Assembly: GCA_029261055.1 (NCBI GenBank)
Contig: JAJDCA010000068.1
Coordinates: forward strand, 5,275 to 69,274
Direction of reading: 5' to 3'
From: Candidatus Omnitrophota bacterium
Lineage (GTDB): Bacteria; Omnitrophota; Gorgyraeia; Zapsychrales; Zapsychraceae
DNA: 64,000 bases
The notes beneath the pieces are model-generated. The model saw only the letters and a list, made by a program, of their open reading frames with translations, did no database searches and had not been told where the DNA came from. Positions 34,401 through 38,043 of the stretch are shown here, piece after piece. How positions within the stretch are numbered: the first letter of the stretch is position 1; each line of letters starts with the position of its first letter. The position numbers and the translations under genes were made by a program.

Positions 34401-35873
34401 AATCACATCCTCTTTAATCAAACGAAGCAAATTATCATCCGACATTTTCTTTACCGCCTGACTTAAAGGTTCCACAACTCCAATCCTGCGTTCTTGAGCC
34501 GCTTCAAATGCTTCGAGATTATTCTGATCTAACGCCATTAACATCTCTTGTTTTAAGGCATAATATCCCACGATCGATTCTTCCGGTGTTTTTACCTGCT
34601 CTAACATAGCATCGTCCGTTTTCACAATATCCCGTTCGAAATTCTTCAAGACACTTTCCGCTCTCACAAGACCTCGTTCATTGATCGCCTGATAATTGAC
34701 GGCCACCATGGCCTGATCTTCGAAACTTAATTGAGCAAAGTTAGTGATTTTTTGATACGCTTGATCAATCTGGTTTTCAAATTCAAACCCACCGGCAAAG
34801 TATTTGCGGGGAATAATGGTTTCGGTGGCGGCATCGTATTCTTCGCGGATGTAGTCGTAGACGCCTTTTTGGAAGGCTTCGAGGTATTGTTGGTAGATTT
34901 TTTCTTTGTTGATGTCTTCGGACTTGTCGACGCCGGCGGTCTTGCTTTGATTGACATACGCCTGTCCTAATAGTCCGTCTTTGAGTGTTCGTTTGTACCA
35001 CGTGGCGAGAATCATGGCATGGACGATTTGGCGGAGAGGCGCGAAGTGCTGACCTTCGTTAACTTCGCGTTCGATTTCGGGGAGAAGGATTTCACGGATA
35101 ATGGATGTGGTAATATTTGAATTCGTAGGGGCATGATTTATCATGCCCTTGTCTTGGGTTTGATGAATCAAACCCCTACGATCCGCGCCTTCCCTAAACA
35201 AATAATCCTCTTCCAACATCACCTTCAACCGCGACTCCACCACCCACGCGGTGCTTCCTTCTTCGTAAACAATCGCCTTCTCCGGTACGATCCAAACCTT
35301 GTTAAAGGTATTCACCGGGATATCGGTGACACCGTACTCTTCGTACGCCTTTTGATAAATTCGTTCCCAGAATTCTTCCCCCAGATCATCTTCCGGATAC
35401 ATGAGGGTGGATGTCAGTTGTTTGAGCAGATAATCCTGCGCCAGTAAATCCATACCCATTTGTGTTTGCGCTAAATCATCGGCAATAATACGGTCTTTTT
35501 CGTAAGGAGATAAATTGACCCAAAGGTGATCATCGGGAATAGTGAGGGCGGCCAGGAAATATTTGAGCAATTTGCCATATTCTTCTGTCTGGGCTTTCTT
35601 CGCAAGCACATCTTCGCCCTGATCTATCAGAAAATCCATCTGTAACGGATTCTGCAGATCCAGCTCAACCCCCATCAAAAGAGGCGGTGCATAGGCAGAC
35701 GGGCTTAAAGGCACCATCGCCCCAGGCACAGGCATGGCCGGTAATATTTGTGCAAGTCCGCTTAGAGGCATCGTCATAGTAAATATAATGACCATACCTA
35801 CAACTACACAGCGAAACGGCACACCGAATCGTTTTTTATGAATTATTCTTAACATATTGGTCCTATTTAGCAA
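13425..35873 (-). CDS. Giant 7482-aa multi-module protein: signal peptide, N-terminal domain, HEXXH + VWA module, tandem MoxR-like AAA module, WD40-like beta-propellers with coiled coils, short C-terminal tail (GGINL...FPGLVPVILNITP)
   Basis: Single open frame of 22,449 bp. HEIGH at 33957-33971; MIDAS DRSYS at 30864-30878; Walker A GGPGLAKT at 29520-29543 and GGPGGGKST at 28299-28325; many S-P-D-G/N and W-D blade motifs between 26300 and 14850. Confidence 0.9.
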   Translation of the reverse strand: MLNRTNMLRIIHKKRFGVPFRCVVVGMVIIFTMTMPLSGLAQILPAMPVPGAMVPLSPSAYAPPLLMGVELDLQNPLQMDFLIDQGEDVLAKKAQTEEYGKLLKYFLAALTIPDDHLWVNLSPYEKDRIIADDLAQTQMGMDLLAQDYLLKQLTSTLMYPEDDLGEEFWERIYQKAYEEYGVTDIPVNTFNKVWIVPEKAIVYEEGSTAWVVESRLKVMLEEDYLFREGADRRGLIHQTQDKGMINHAPTNSNITTSIIREILLPEIEREVNEGQHFAPLRQIVHAMILATWYKRTLKDGLLGQAYVNQSKTAGVDKSEDINKEKIYQQYLEAFQKGVYDYIREEYDAATETIIPRKYFAGGFEFENQIDQAYQKITNFAQLSFEDQAMVAVNYQAINERGLVRAESVLKNFERDIVKTDDAMLEQVKTPEESIVGYYALKQEMLMALDQNNLEAFEAAQERRIGVVEPLSQAVKKMSDDNLLRLIKEDVIDRKIADPLLVGMHIPGKGVGLDMNVLKEELRRVGQKEHLFKTQQHIDTIQKEMASALSDNPAEEKAIMKMLDETIKPYNFDSYLPEHFWRESFKDLEGRKKIAAAIVQMPVAFGQSKGAFAPDTGNVLISPIEDELMMRLVLPHEIGHKILKMPPEWEQITFAISVMEYVQHAGKNLKEGEEKLPHDVDKFGEPAVSELYQRGKEMGLSGQTGFMIHPGTSDRRAGYFVMDYLEMEVEKVYEAKGLRKDALNDEYTRKRAMGFLVGGIMMGMSENQKDVNPLRLFKDFLDVLYERYGDPTKDNPQLASELEKIDQEWQEYAKRLAAKQEVEFIPAPYGFWTYKSLDSSVGQMHYVKTDRYPRTYDGENKDDLKGKLQAARDRTLGQVFLAISRVKFGLRGLIDDLNEDIKKHPDALLMWDTLLFPKVSGIGHDVNAENIKHRAFEQKFDGSRKWMSRILQDRYDIGNPLIEEAQYNTYDLHLRYLDSLLYLRYHYKENQQGNMKDPRNKNPQVEDALVRSMGKDVNDDGWIKLMYRPESLKQGDIIRIINEKVGPVYLELYAEAFKEKKRRRLHERKKKEEQDRREEQLKQGIKEIAKEIVRKVYEELTEEERKELDEYGKNLPQEIQKVIEDAVREDMEQGKKSFENLSQPGGGSGSSQKTSAASSGQGSSQGSGQGQVSPGATPKSTDDIENALKDFEQQLNAIASNTNTIAKKLDDIKKKSGDVTPGKMSESDKNTSKKLSKEIQQQAKGIQDKSQDLLNKGRLAAGEGSAQNEKVSQIQQGLPSPELANEAKKLSNGVDKKSQEQLEKLQNLKDKANKLKHIADNLVKQTHAPSPDVPQITDETEKLNKALNNVNKGVDQTQGANRDVLRNLHQLEKSIQGIQQSLSGSKDKGEPGKKENKKGEDNKNNKGGEDGQGKQETSSSQASQDMNKSSGSKSEPAKAGETQKGAKDRSKNYQKMPDTINLPDVKPLGETGKKQEALPPSDIKPIKPKEFDLKAAKLREEAQIEATSGLDKTQHRELQTWYKKQISEGRTLQVEHFRDLDIDGEELIEKMEIEGFLENHQISKNFNEKEFREKFSEYDDKNKTLNKILSIINILKRKPVVTIRTLVKRLTRQFKALLIATTGFKLSQLLDNGAIMTQPLNVFLGAQGYNNPIKKDPLPLDITLLVDRSYSMGEKDRKNSNYLPIEMARIISFVLTDSIFQHYEMRKVIVDDDLGYEVGYFSDDDKDLQLLRETIREPNVKREKVLHGAWTNLEAGGGTHYADNLEKYITSQIAAAERSEKKGVQILFILTDEDVDPNQKSRILGLINKAREHGINVFIIPMGTAKQVEDTKVLHQQPKGQLQRVIEPFPFTGLPSRVGDAIFTAIEKSGFVSDSDWQKYLQLKDASMVVEDSELNTTEEYRHFFNKKVNGQEKLMFQREGVDPLYFPMGPGGMGVPTTVIKDTEANEDKIINILLATHRPDQRSPTDYSTDGKYFIHGIEDGKLEVMEENKEDGYLKFLHAFDSADHMVENQGVYENTQKLQVKLEQSSEKVLLSQENGDFQGLGDLKGLDLTQWYFYEQDSNRILAFNRQEKRVLIIEREKSSWQVLYDLTVSQDSMSDSWEGQTVTLSGGPGLAKTKMPSAAARLINMPTYSETGNEDATDEGLARGTRTLQNGTTGFKPSLLNYVKHVGGWIIENERHKYEPGVWDGIKSHIPAKTHEWKVERDGMVTFETMRDHPMSRIITTENPPWPNITGNWTTNNTAMQERDENILYHWQSTEEEAEWQLADALKFARHVGTYDDRWEEFEQKITQDITDLVRISNELRLTFFGYSPEQQAAIFEDWELLDPRYLATQMRWDSKIRDLFENGPDNSKGERLTRAPDPRLTAFMIQHLIKYEKDWLYRPFTTIKNYFNFHAEIDSNDTYAGNITHFSSWRPDELNVPDLELTKDSFKLSPSGKEIIITPKNTEFWDEIRLPIHSKASFHYAGLPQEIIDWIEFADVAKDVNEVNTYLKANVGKLYLTLQLQALKIKVHFVGGPGGGKSTLAKAIVRLRNKPGEHTIEMTAQTRLDQITFQEGMVGGNSKITINALPLAMEDEHGEGNVLIVEEIAQSRDKVLSALNDVIVYDETPDPTKKDKKRKGADNFGLIALSNTPGSTSGIKGLPADLLARLPAIQFDPLPPHLMFKLLSKVSTKQLDSTGEVVRLNPRLIGMPIPKSEQEVSDVEYETYPDGSVKYDGIIGMAQELNYRQSLDGTTLPKRREISVRVLVKDVKFLVDRFNYLRADGLQKIAKTGTEKSESFKKRAKTKISERIIHEQFMKAFKIEGDFDQTSPVENNILDVAGEKGLFSDDPDVDAISDFLDKESVIIQNLKIEEGKEPDTGHPELDRILQLLWTNTFESQTEQNIENLNEIIAELLSEKSWKELKKFEEQRSRMIMMKKVMDQIDFILNYRSKGETWEQHKEGNKNRMNATKDLIKNLGIQRDWSAAFFDQTMKEIEDSYDPEFTKGLDELDFSMLSIGELIWWIDFQKNDEEAVSKLKKELREKITDLKKDKLEPLEKVQILLSRKTHKDLFKDIFEHVEKKIQELKQSRPVDIERTLKDYEKVESEVKKELIKIRKPSKGVGNIEGLKKELVKEQHISDITLETGVALPDRTREKELEAEIKELELQVQGPNKQEELLTKKLIAVVNGKQALIKEIAAEAEEAKAVEAQKAEALQQGAVDTEGIINYEPLPGEEVIGFLWNGRKVVTQEKEIGASSASRNVRIRDMKNIELVTWNRGHRFDAKVVGVSDDETKILTKDDNGKFVWWDLKGEDESIDLGNYPFAKLLPDGNHVFRTTNSGRYDLFDTIDTTSPTSSSLPNDPMLHPDISPDGTKVIATDEEGMVRVKDIKSGYRFGLETGLKIQVQPTISPDNKRMVILDKDGGVSKLWDVEKEKRVLDLEKNTKAALEPVFSRDSTRVATVSKMGVVRVWDAEKGALIKATKQHKKGVKAVALSHDGRYLAVVDGEGKYWLQDLEKKGNERTELPALDALQKLEKDEVPELEFSRDGEHHVKAHVKGGLNVWPVADFMSSAPAFKPKDAEEVHSYSEDGLRVLTVEKEYAYTKMVKHYRWHVRYVKGGKELRVFEWPKAYVELSPGGTKVLMQHHRDGEIIDVKTGEKISSENVYDRVSHKWLIDDAHPEAGAGQDKNTVQGDIKVLPAKDMKVIQTYTAPDGEEIMQVAWEMDGNGDVPVKRRVVLTEAEADDPNSKVMRVRDIEQEESVDPLREDTVSKEEKSKISKDGNRFLFATPDGVFRENLEGEPRGGVRYEFGKIEQFEDSSDSNKVVVIAENFKGIAYLDGRSKETQEFKVNGEELEGEVESIDISPDSDSSKALVLTKSKALYLFNMETGEGFMLQGDSVSFAKFSRDGQFILTGSEDGRVSIKSPHTGALKIEGLQVSDAVQDIELSFNKKELIVATKGFKARYEWKPDARKWDPLSSVVVEESKFLPDGQIMTAGVLDKGKPALGVISGNGPVHRINDLGKLKNVENMQVKGLNISPDNLEQATTWQEGDQTKHVLIHEIAKDVGGGSAFSGSDLSDKIEAFKKEKKKWAAQKAKYLKQEQSFDEQLALEKKNAELAAANDLKNKVGSGKIVLEALDVYTAPPGETIVDYSPQSGLVLTEDNIVRANGKNHWIVRDVRKGGDEVNSFDLLVTNSAHLSPDGTKVAKEVWKDKPSQRKIELWEVRKIDKGKPLATSKEGEFDDFSFSEDGSRIIMEKNTKDHNDKKTIVWNWAIDDESDLLSLGNAGISVVSKLSDNNRWLFMSLKGKIGIGTLAFRNMDTKSEIQQEHSVSFAKFSRGSKYLMFVQGKNVILRDLNTGINSPPILVSAAGEIVDLELSPNGKTLLTRNKEGKLHVWDVMTGERIMPASPAWINLSITLLNLGAVFLDNEHFFGIGKSNNIGIVNARTGEIYGKLMENKFSQREAKFFPHQNQAVIFNEDRTQLQPFVVRGGGGEVLNSGKKDAAMLSIRDLIGRIAMGQGKKSAVKDLKDQFFKQINKLKEDKLSSLEKVPPLLRNETYKDLFKDMLEHVEKKIQELKQPLSGVIDMTEDDYDGELAADRVELEKVDVMLGQRISGVSNDQEQLRNIIKEKEALIAKQEEKIKKLKEAIKAEEIKDASGNGLTLQNLKNSIKHEIELKEIFEGEINQLRDFLKKQVSSGMQKHERKHLEARRALLTERIDSRVQGKQALVNKKKVAQAKAELEPENAQTTQGSKDEILPVEKIKENIESWGISENESVVEFVELNYSGFWYVVTREDIENNGEKKVVWRVWGEMRNFEGQAMIEGTPKVEETLGQYDGFTLSKEGILMMATSEGVSYKYVNKEEDDWIKINKNLDLVRGIELKKVKKGILVMSKNFQGVVSLNGGKDIPLKDMQGNMKSIEISKDGKLAAFVMFDYNVYLINIENGERIYRSQYSNINFAKFSLDDEVVLIGKIGGGISFRDSHTGEETKDVFNLPGNDSIEYLERSLDKNKLIVKAKFGKITVWKKDAISGEWTLDENYSLENAIRAKFLPDSKHIMFFRDAPEGNATAGLYLTDGLRTYKMDAPLNSDLEILELADIQLIHGQLAQMEIYNHDGRGKYVTIRNIMSKNDTSDVSKVKVLPADQMKVKESYTAPEGEVIVQHAWVEDDTGPEPVTRRVVLTLNKLQVWKVRDIARKNENDENLLRPVMSTGTLQFSKDGKKLFDAEKNGKLFVSSSLIQDDWKEIRKNLGRIHKVEDALDGNKVVIIADNFQGIVHLDGQDEKEFKDALGEEPFAKGGLKVLNVKISSDSQYAAVLTNHDNSYKFDMNTGSHLQYHANVVFSKFTEDGQVSLRGTNNGFVLFEDAKTVDFEDVKTEEKFKSINAGNEPVQDLDVVWDGKIMHKVNVKMDGRWKLWKWDENIKDWIPEENYLHGNQKILPDGKTVMVGENILSGSKRTMPTIGTYEGKSDVGFVDYPFEEEYKKDKDEKREIIQDDIVFSPDNLEQAETYTENGEIKHVFIRQIAESTDDDAPPSDNNLPAQIKALEEEEKQRRLMEIELNARAKGIDAELVKIQKKVDREAPKESAEEETQGDANTLAKIKELEALKVQAAEQNEQDQPDGTPKLSPINPAYEAPPGETIVDYWPESERALTWKEIELADLNTQDIIKAYEWRVRDTKDNKELFPKFDTLEKNVVRLSPDGTKIALKSGSTTNHKVDVWSVEDDTKRTFVNSTEVTGFISSLSFSSDGKEIVIGSRKGPIGSQTEKSIVTTWHWEKSGSPKFSQISQEGKIRYKQLSSDNKTLLTLDESNTQRVWNMEAEIGIELTDFRREGIALARLSSDGNNVISIKKSKSDDGYPVWIRNINGAEPSRFGIWEEAKFTDLSPDEDTLLIIDENGKLVLRDAQTGEKIKQDSKAWEEFKHMVNKFGYFLPDNEHFLSIGSHTPSATTLIIMRNFKTGEVANWSYIKFNPEEIQFYPDRLQVMVRNKEGSKQQVFSVGKIESLNPNDLDQPVKIPEGKDKNFKKMLSLSKQLVQAIKERIGNVKVRAVVGNKPALVEELDQEKEEIDKKITNLEAGLRKLRGVQRRTRADYKKGVSEVDPELEKANKMLGIDESEEDVVDSNISNKDWLRKRILELEGLIAEQQRNVENFETKLAKIATSASLSEIERLEKLREGSRDTKRVFELERKKLEEELRKQDSAMLQKYEREYWEARKDFLTKKKESLVEGERALSKQEESEAAVQAEVDAQKAEGLQKGAIDRRMPVNYTPPEGEEVIAYLWKGRKVVTQEFIAGKPSAGNPNIMDKDTWKVHIRDVESNGELVLLDRLLYSKVRWIEISDDETKMLAGHDFGVMLWNFNDIESSIDLGADNPSQARFSSDSNQVIITYFSQAIEVYDITKKWSDSKLVPVNPILYPDIGAYESKKIVATDMEGGVSVWDVIIEQTVDKIKISLLQLAKLETGLKIEVQPRISPNNKWIVILDKDGGVSKLWDVNNERPLKELEKNTSANVGPVYSLDSTRVATVSKKDGIVRWWYAQTGDFKGEADPFEDGVKALALSSDGIYLAVVDGKGKYWLENMDTKQRIELPAPDALKNVDKDVVPKLEFSTEGPLRVMAHMKSGLTVWPVAKFMSTGQPRAVKVLAAKDMTVIQPYTAPDNEEIVQVAWLMDGSKKGAPPVKRRIVLTREDRQGKPPHWRVRDTAKGADEELLSFPAGVENVVVKLSGDGRILWIGGESSMQWVDVLPDDVGSRPLFTNAIQINPEKSFIVDAPDGEKSVIIADNFQGIVPVDESKEIKEFKVNGKRLEEKVESIDINSDSTKVVLLTEKGKQYLFDMTTGKGKFLSGNASFTRFTKDGEFILTGMESGFVNFHDKDGNVIDNKGFDSGNREVKNLELSQDGKMIIVTTSFNRTVWEDKVGDNDWKKIDILETADGQVAKFLPNSHHIINAGVRVGFIKGDGRGVEEVSNSVHTLIDNSFKKNTKIKAYDLEFSPDRLEAAEMYKDENGKVKYAHIRQIAEPLDGGDDVVDNDRPVKIEALKKETAQWMEIEDEWNQREKEIDGLLAQEKAAFEAKASNQKDAPNTQAGTLKIKELETKIKSKIKERDGYTLTVGELAVVTKKAMANKDIHDWTAELAALKAQGADPIELDKQLEVSKGVDDEISDLSKQWVQAMEERIEKRKTRVAAKDDLTESVKLDQEIATLDQAIATLSEDLRKRREASDSKVVDKENYNTQNQKTSVIDQETAETIVSIKVLKTIKDMVTGKTLDGGTVSIDTRSSMRTLILDSSIGVLKGQLPKDTIMDENIDEQIKILRTMLTDDSKLDKLLESKALKEVGASSVEKDARIAAVQKVLKSLEEKQRIMAEIEGIKKVLQENKDYFKAMPDDGSIKSKDARMEANSSIVDYEATLSRLEEKLKNVDNAMLNQKTKASLGGINLDPQGMDMQIQGQGLELNLDPAMLQQQMRDIQTGNFPGLVPVILNITPAQLPPALLQLTLSKK
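35125..35179. repeat. GTAG-type REP doublet (REPIN-like) inside the giant gene
   Basis: GTAGGGGCATGATTTATCATGCCC (35125-35148) plus inverted GGGTTTGATGAATCAAACCCCTAC (35156-35179); the first is the exact reverse complement of 42017-42040. Confidence 0.8.
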
Positions 35874-35951
35874 ATAAAGAAGGATATGTTAAGTGTGCCA
35901 TATTTTTCAGCGCAATGCCAAAAAATGTTTTGGGTAGGATTTTAGAAAGGG

Positions 35952-35976
35952 AAAAAAAGTGATAGCCACTTTTTTT
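35952..35976. terminator. Hairpin with A/T tails after the ATPase gene (possible terminator or REP-like unit)
   Basis: AAAAAAAGTG-atagc-CACTTTTTTT. Confidence 0.4.
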
Positions 35977-35988
35977 GTCACTATTTCT

Positions 35989-37209
35989 TTATAAAGCAAG
36001 CCATGGAACGGCATAAATATTTGTCGCAATCGGAAACACTTTTGTTCCTGAATACACAATGATACCTTTTTGTGCTTCCGGGTGGAGTTTTAAGAATTTG
36101 CGCATAGATTTAGTATCCTTAAAAGTAACTTGAGATGATGATTTCACTTCTATTCCCATAATCTTTGTTCCGGAACGGATTACAAAATCAACTTCACTCT
36201 CCCCTTGCCTTGGTTTCCAATAGTAAATTTCAGGCTCAACAGACATCGTGGACACCCATGAGTTGATCTGTTGAAAGATATAATTTTCAAAATACCGCCC
36301 CTTTAAATTTTTATTCTTTAATTCTTTCTCTGATACAATTCCGGCCAAAAAACACGCAGCTCCCGAGTCAAACCAAAAATATTTAGCTTGTTTATAGGCA
36401 CGTTCATTTTTGGTTGTATAACCTCTTAACTCATGCAATAAAGCCGTATCCTGTAATAAACTCATATACCGGCTGACATTTGTACGTGTTTCTGAACATA
36501 ATTTAGATAATTCATTCTGAACGCTTTCCCATCCCGTGGCCTGAGCCAAAGCTTCCATCAGACGGCGAAAATTCTGAGGATGTCTTATTTTCACTAAATC
36601 TTGAATATCCCGGTGGATATAAGTATCAATGTAGCTGCTCCCTCTCTCCCAAGCGACTTTGTCGCTTGAAGCCAACACAACTCCAGGCAAACCTCCCCGC
36701 CAAACAATTGTTGTTAAATTATTAGATGCTTTTACGGATTTTGGTTTAATTTCTTTACCTGCCCAAGCCTGCTCTAGAATTCCTTCGTGTGACAACCCAT
36801 GCAATTCCCTATGACTCAAGCCCGTTAAGTGCAGATATTTGGCTCTGCCCGCTAAAGTTTCCCTTGGGCGTTGGCGTAGTGAAATATTTCCAGATCCAGA
36901 TAAGATAAAACGTCGTCTCCGCTTACTTTTATCAACGAAATACTTAACCGTTAATAATAATTCCGAACATCTTTGGACCTCATCAATAATCGTCGGTTTG
37001 TCTTCCCAAAGAAGTCCTTTAGGGTCTTCTTGAGCCTGTTCCAATACTTCTGGATCATCTAAAGTTAAATATCGCCAGTTTTTTAAAAACCGAGCGTTTT
37101 CCAAAAGAGTACTTTTGCCCACCTGTCGTGGTCCTGTCAAAATGACCACGGGGTGAACCTCAAAAGACGCCTCTATTCTTTGTTCCATCCACCGTTTTAT
37201 ATATTTCAT
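35989..37209 (-). CDS. AAA_14 + DUF4143 ATPase
   Basis: GPRQVGKSTL, IIDEVQ, LSGS, ETLAGR, RGGLP, K-x-F-W-F-D-S-G and EVDFV...IEVK; start set at MKYIKR. Confidence 0.9.
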   Translation of the reverse strand: MKYIKRWMEQRIEASFEVHPVVILTGPRQVGKSTLLENARFLKNWRYLTLDDPEVLEQAQEDPKGLLWEDKPTIIDEVQRCSELLLTVKYFVDKSKRRRRFILSGSGNISLRQRPRETLAGRAKYLHLTGLSHRELHGLSHEGILEQAWAGKEIKPKSVKASNNLTTIVWRGGLPGVVLASSDKVAWERGSSYIDTYIHRDIQDLVKIRHPQNFRRLMEALAQATGWESVQNELSKLCSETRTNVSRYMSLLQDTALLHELRGYTTKNERAYKQAKYFWFDSGAACFLAGIVSEKELKNKNLKGRYFENYIFQQINSWVSTMSVEPEIYYWKPRQGESEVDFVIRSGTKIMGIEVKSSSQVTFKDTKSMRKFLKLHPEAQKGIIVYSGTKVFPIATNIYAVPWLAL

Positions 37210-37247
37210 GGCTATTCTCCTTCTGCCAATAAGCATACCACTCAATT

Positions 37248-37300
37248 ATGCACAGATCAACATATATTTGTGCACAAATATACATAATATTTTGCACATA
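37248..37300. promoter_or_regulatory. Operator-like palindrome upstream of the ATPase
   Basis: Perfect 20-bp palindrome TATATTTGTGCACAAATATA (37263-37282) with extra TGCACA copies on each side. Confidence 0.55.
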
Positions 37301-37328
37301 TTTACATGGTTCAAGAAAAATAGTGACA

Positions 37329-37384
37329 GGGGTAATTGGGCGAGGTAATGTGGAGGATGACTGGGACAAGGCCGGGGAAACTAC
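37329..37384 (-). pseudogene. Orphan giant-gene 3' tail, copy D (degenerate, truncated)
   Basis: Reads SFPGLVPVILHIT, then a 1-nt deletion, then AQLP; homologous to about 13461-13517. Confidence 0.75.
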
Positions 37385-37385
37385 A

Positions 37386-37796
37386 TTACAGGATTTTTAT
37401 CCCTATTTTCCGACATACGGCATTTAATTTTTTATCGAAAGATGCCATATCTAAATTTTTCCTTAAGGCGAGCTCTATATAAGAAGCATCATAAACTGTT
37501 ATTTTATGCTCTCGACTGATAGCTAAAATATCTTTTGTAATGTTATCGTAACTATTATTTTCCACAAAAAGCGACAAATCTTTTAAACTACTAATAAAAG
37601 AAACAGAATCTGCTTCCTTTATGCGTCCATTTTTCTCTGCAATAAATAACGCATTCGACAATTCATATGGCCATAATGAAGGGACATAGGCATTTTGCTT
37701 AAGAAGCTTGTTCAATAACTCTTGAGATTTTTTAGTGTTTTCGTCTTTAAACACCCAACTTAAAATGACGGAATTATCTACGACAAAATCTTTCAA
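37386..37796 (-). CDS. vapC: VapC PIN-domain toxin
   Basis: FVVDNS, VPSLWPYELSNAL, TVYDASYIELA and SFDKKL. Confidence 0.9.
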   Translation of the reverse strand: MKDFVVDNSVILSWVFKDENTKKSQELLNKLLKQNAYVPSLWPYELSNALFIAEKNGRIKEADSVSFISSLKDLSLFVENNSYDNITKDILAISREHKITVYDASYIELALRKNLDMASFDKKLNAVCRKIGIKIL

Positions 37797-38032
37797 TACC
37801 GCCTCCCTTTTTTAATAAGTTTCTGAATTTCCTTTTGAGGCAGCTTATATTTTTGGCGTATTTCTAGAATCCGTGCTATCGCCTCTTCGGCTTTCTTTTG
37901 ATTATTTTCTGGGGGCAATATTCTTGCAACTGGTTTTCCATTTTTTGTAATTAAATACGTTTCTCCGCTAAATGCCTTTTGAACGATTTCTGCAAAATGT
38001 GTTTTTGCTTCGAAAGAGCCTATCTCAACCAT
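37793..38032 (-). CDS. Phd/YefM family antitoxin
   Basis: IGSFEAKTHFAE...GETYLITKNGKPVARI; AGGAGG RBS before the ATG at 38032. Confidence 0.9.
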   Translation of the reverse strand: MVEIGSFEAKTHFAEIVQKAFSGETYLITKNGKPVARILPPENNQKKAEEAIARILEIRQKYKLPQKEIQKLIKKGRRY

Positions 38033-38043
38033 AATACCCTCCT

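Noticed and set aside
14551-35447. Numerous short plus-strand and alternate-frame ORFs inside the giant gene
   Set aside because: Ser/Phe/Leu-rich shadow translations of a Lys/Glu-rich sense frame; no recognisable motifs.
13425-35873. Inteins, NRPS/PKS or RHS/CDI toxin explanation for the giant ORF
   Set aside because: No intein terminal motifs noticed at junctions, no adenylation or ketosynthase motifs, no YD or haemagglutinin repeats; downstream small genes are known TA-like families, not immunity genes.
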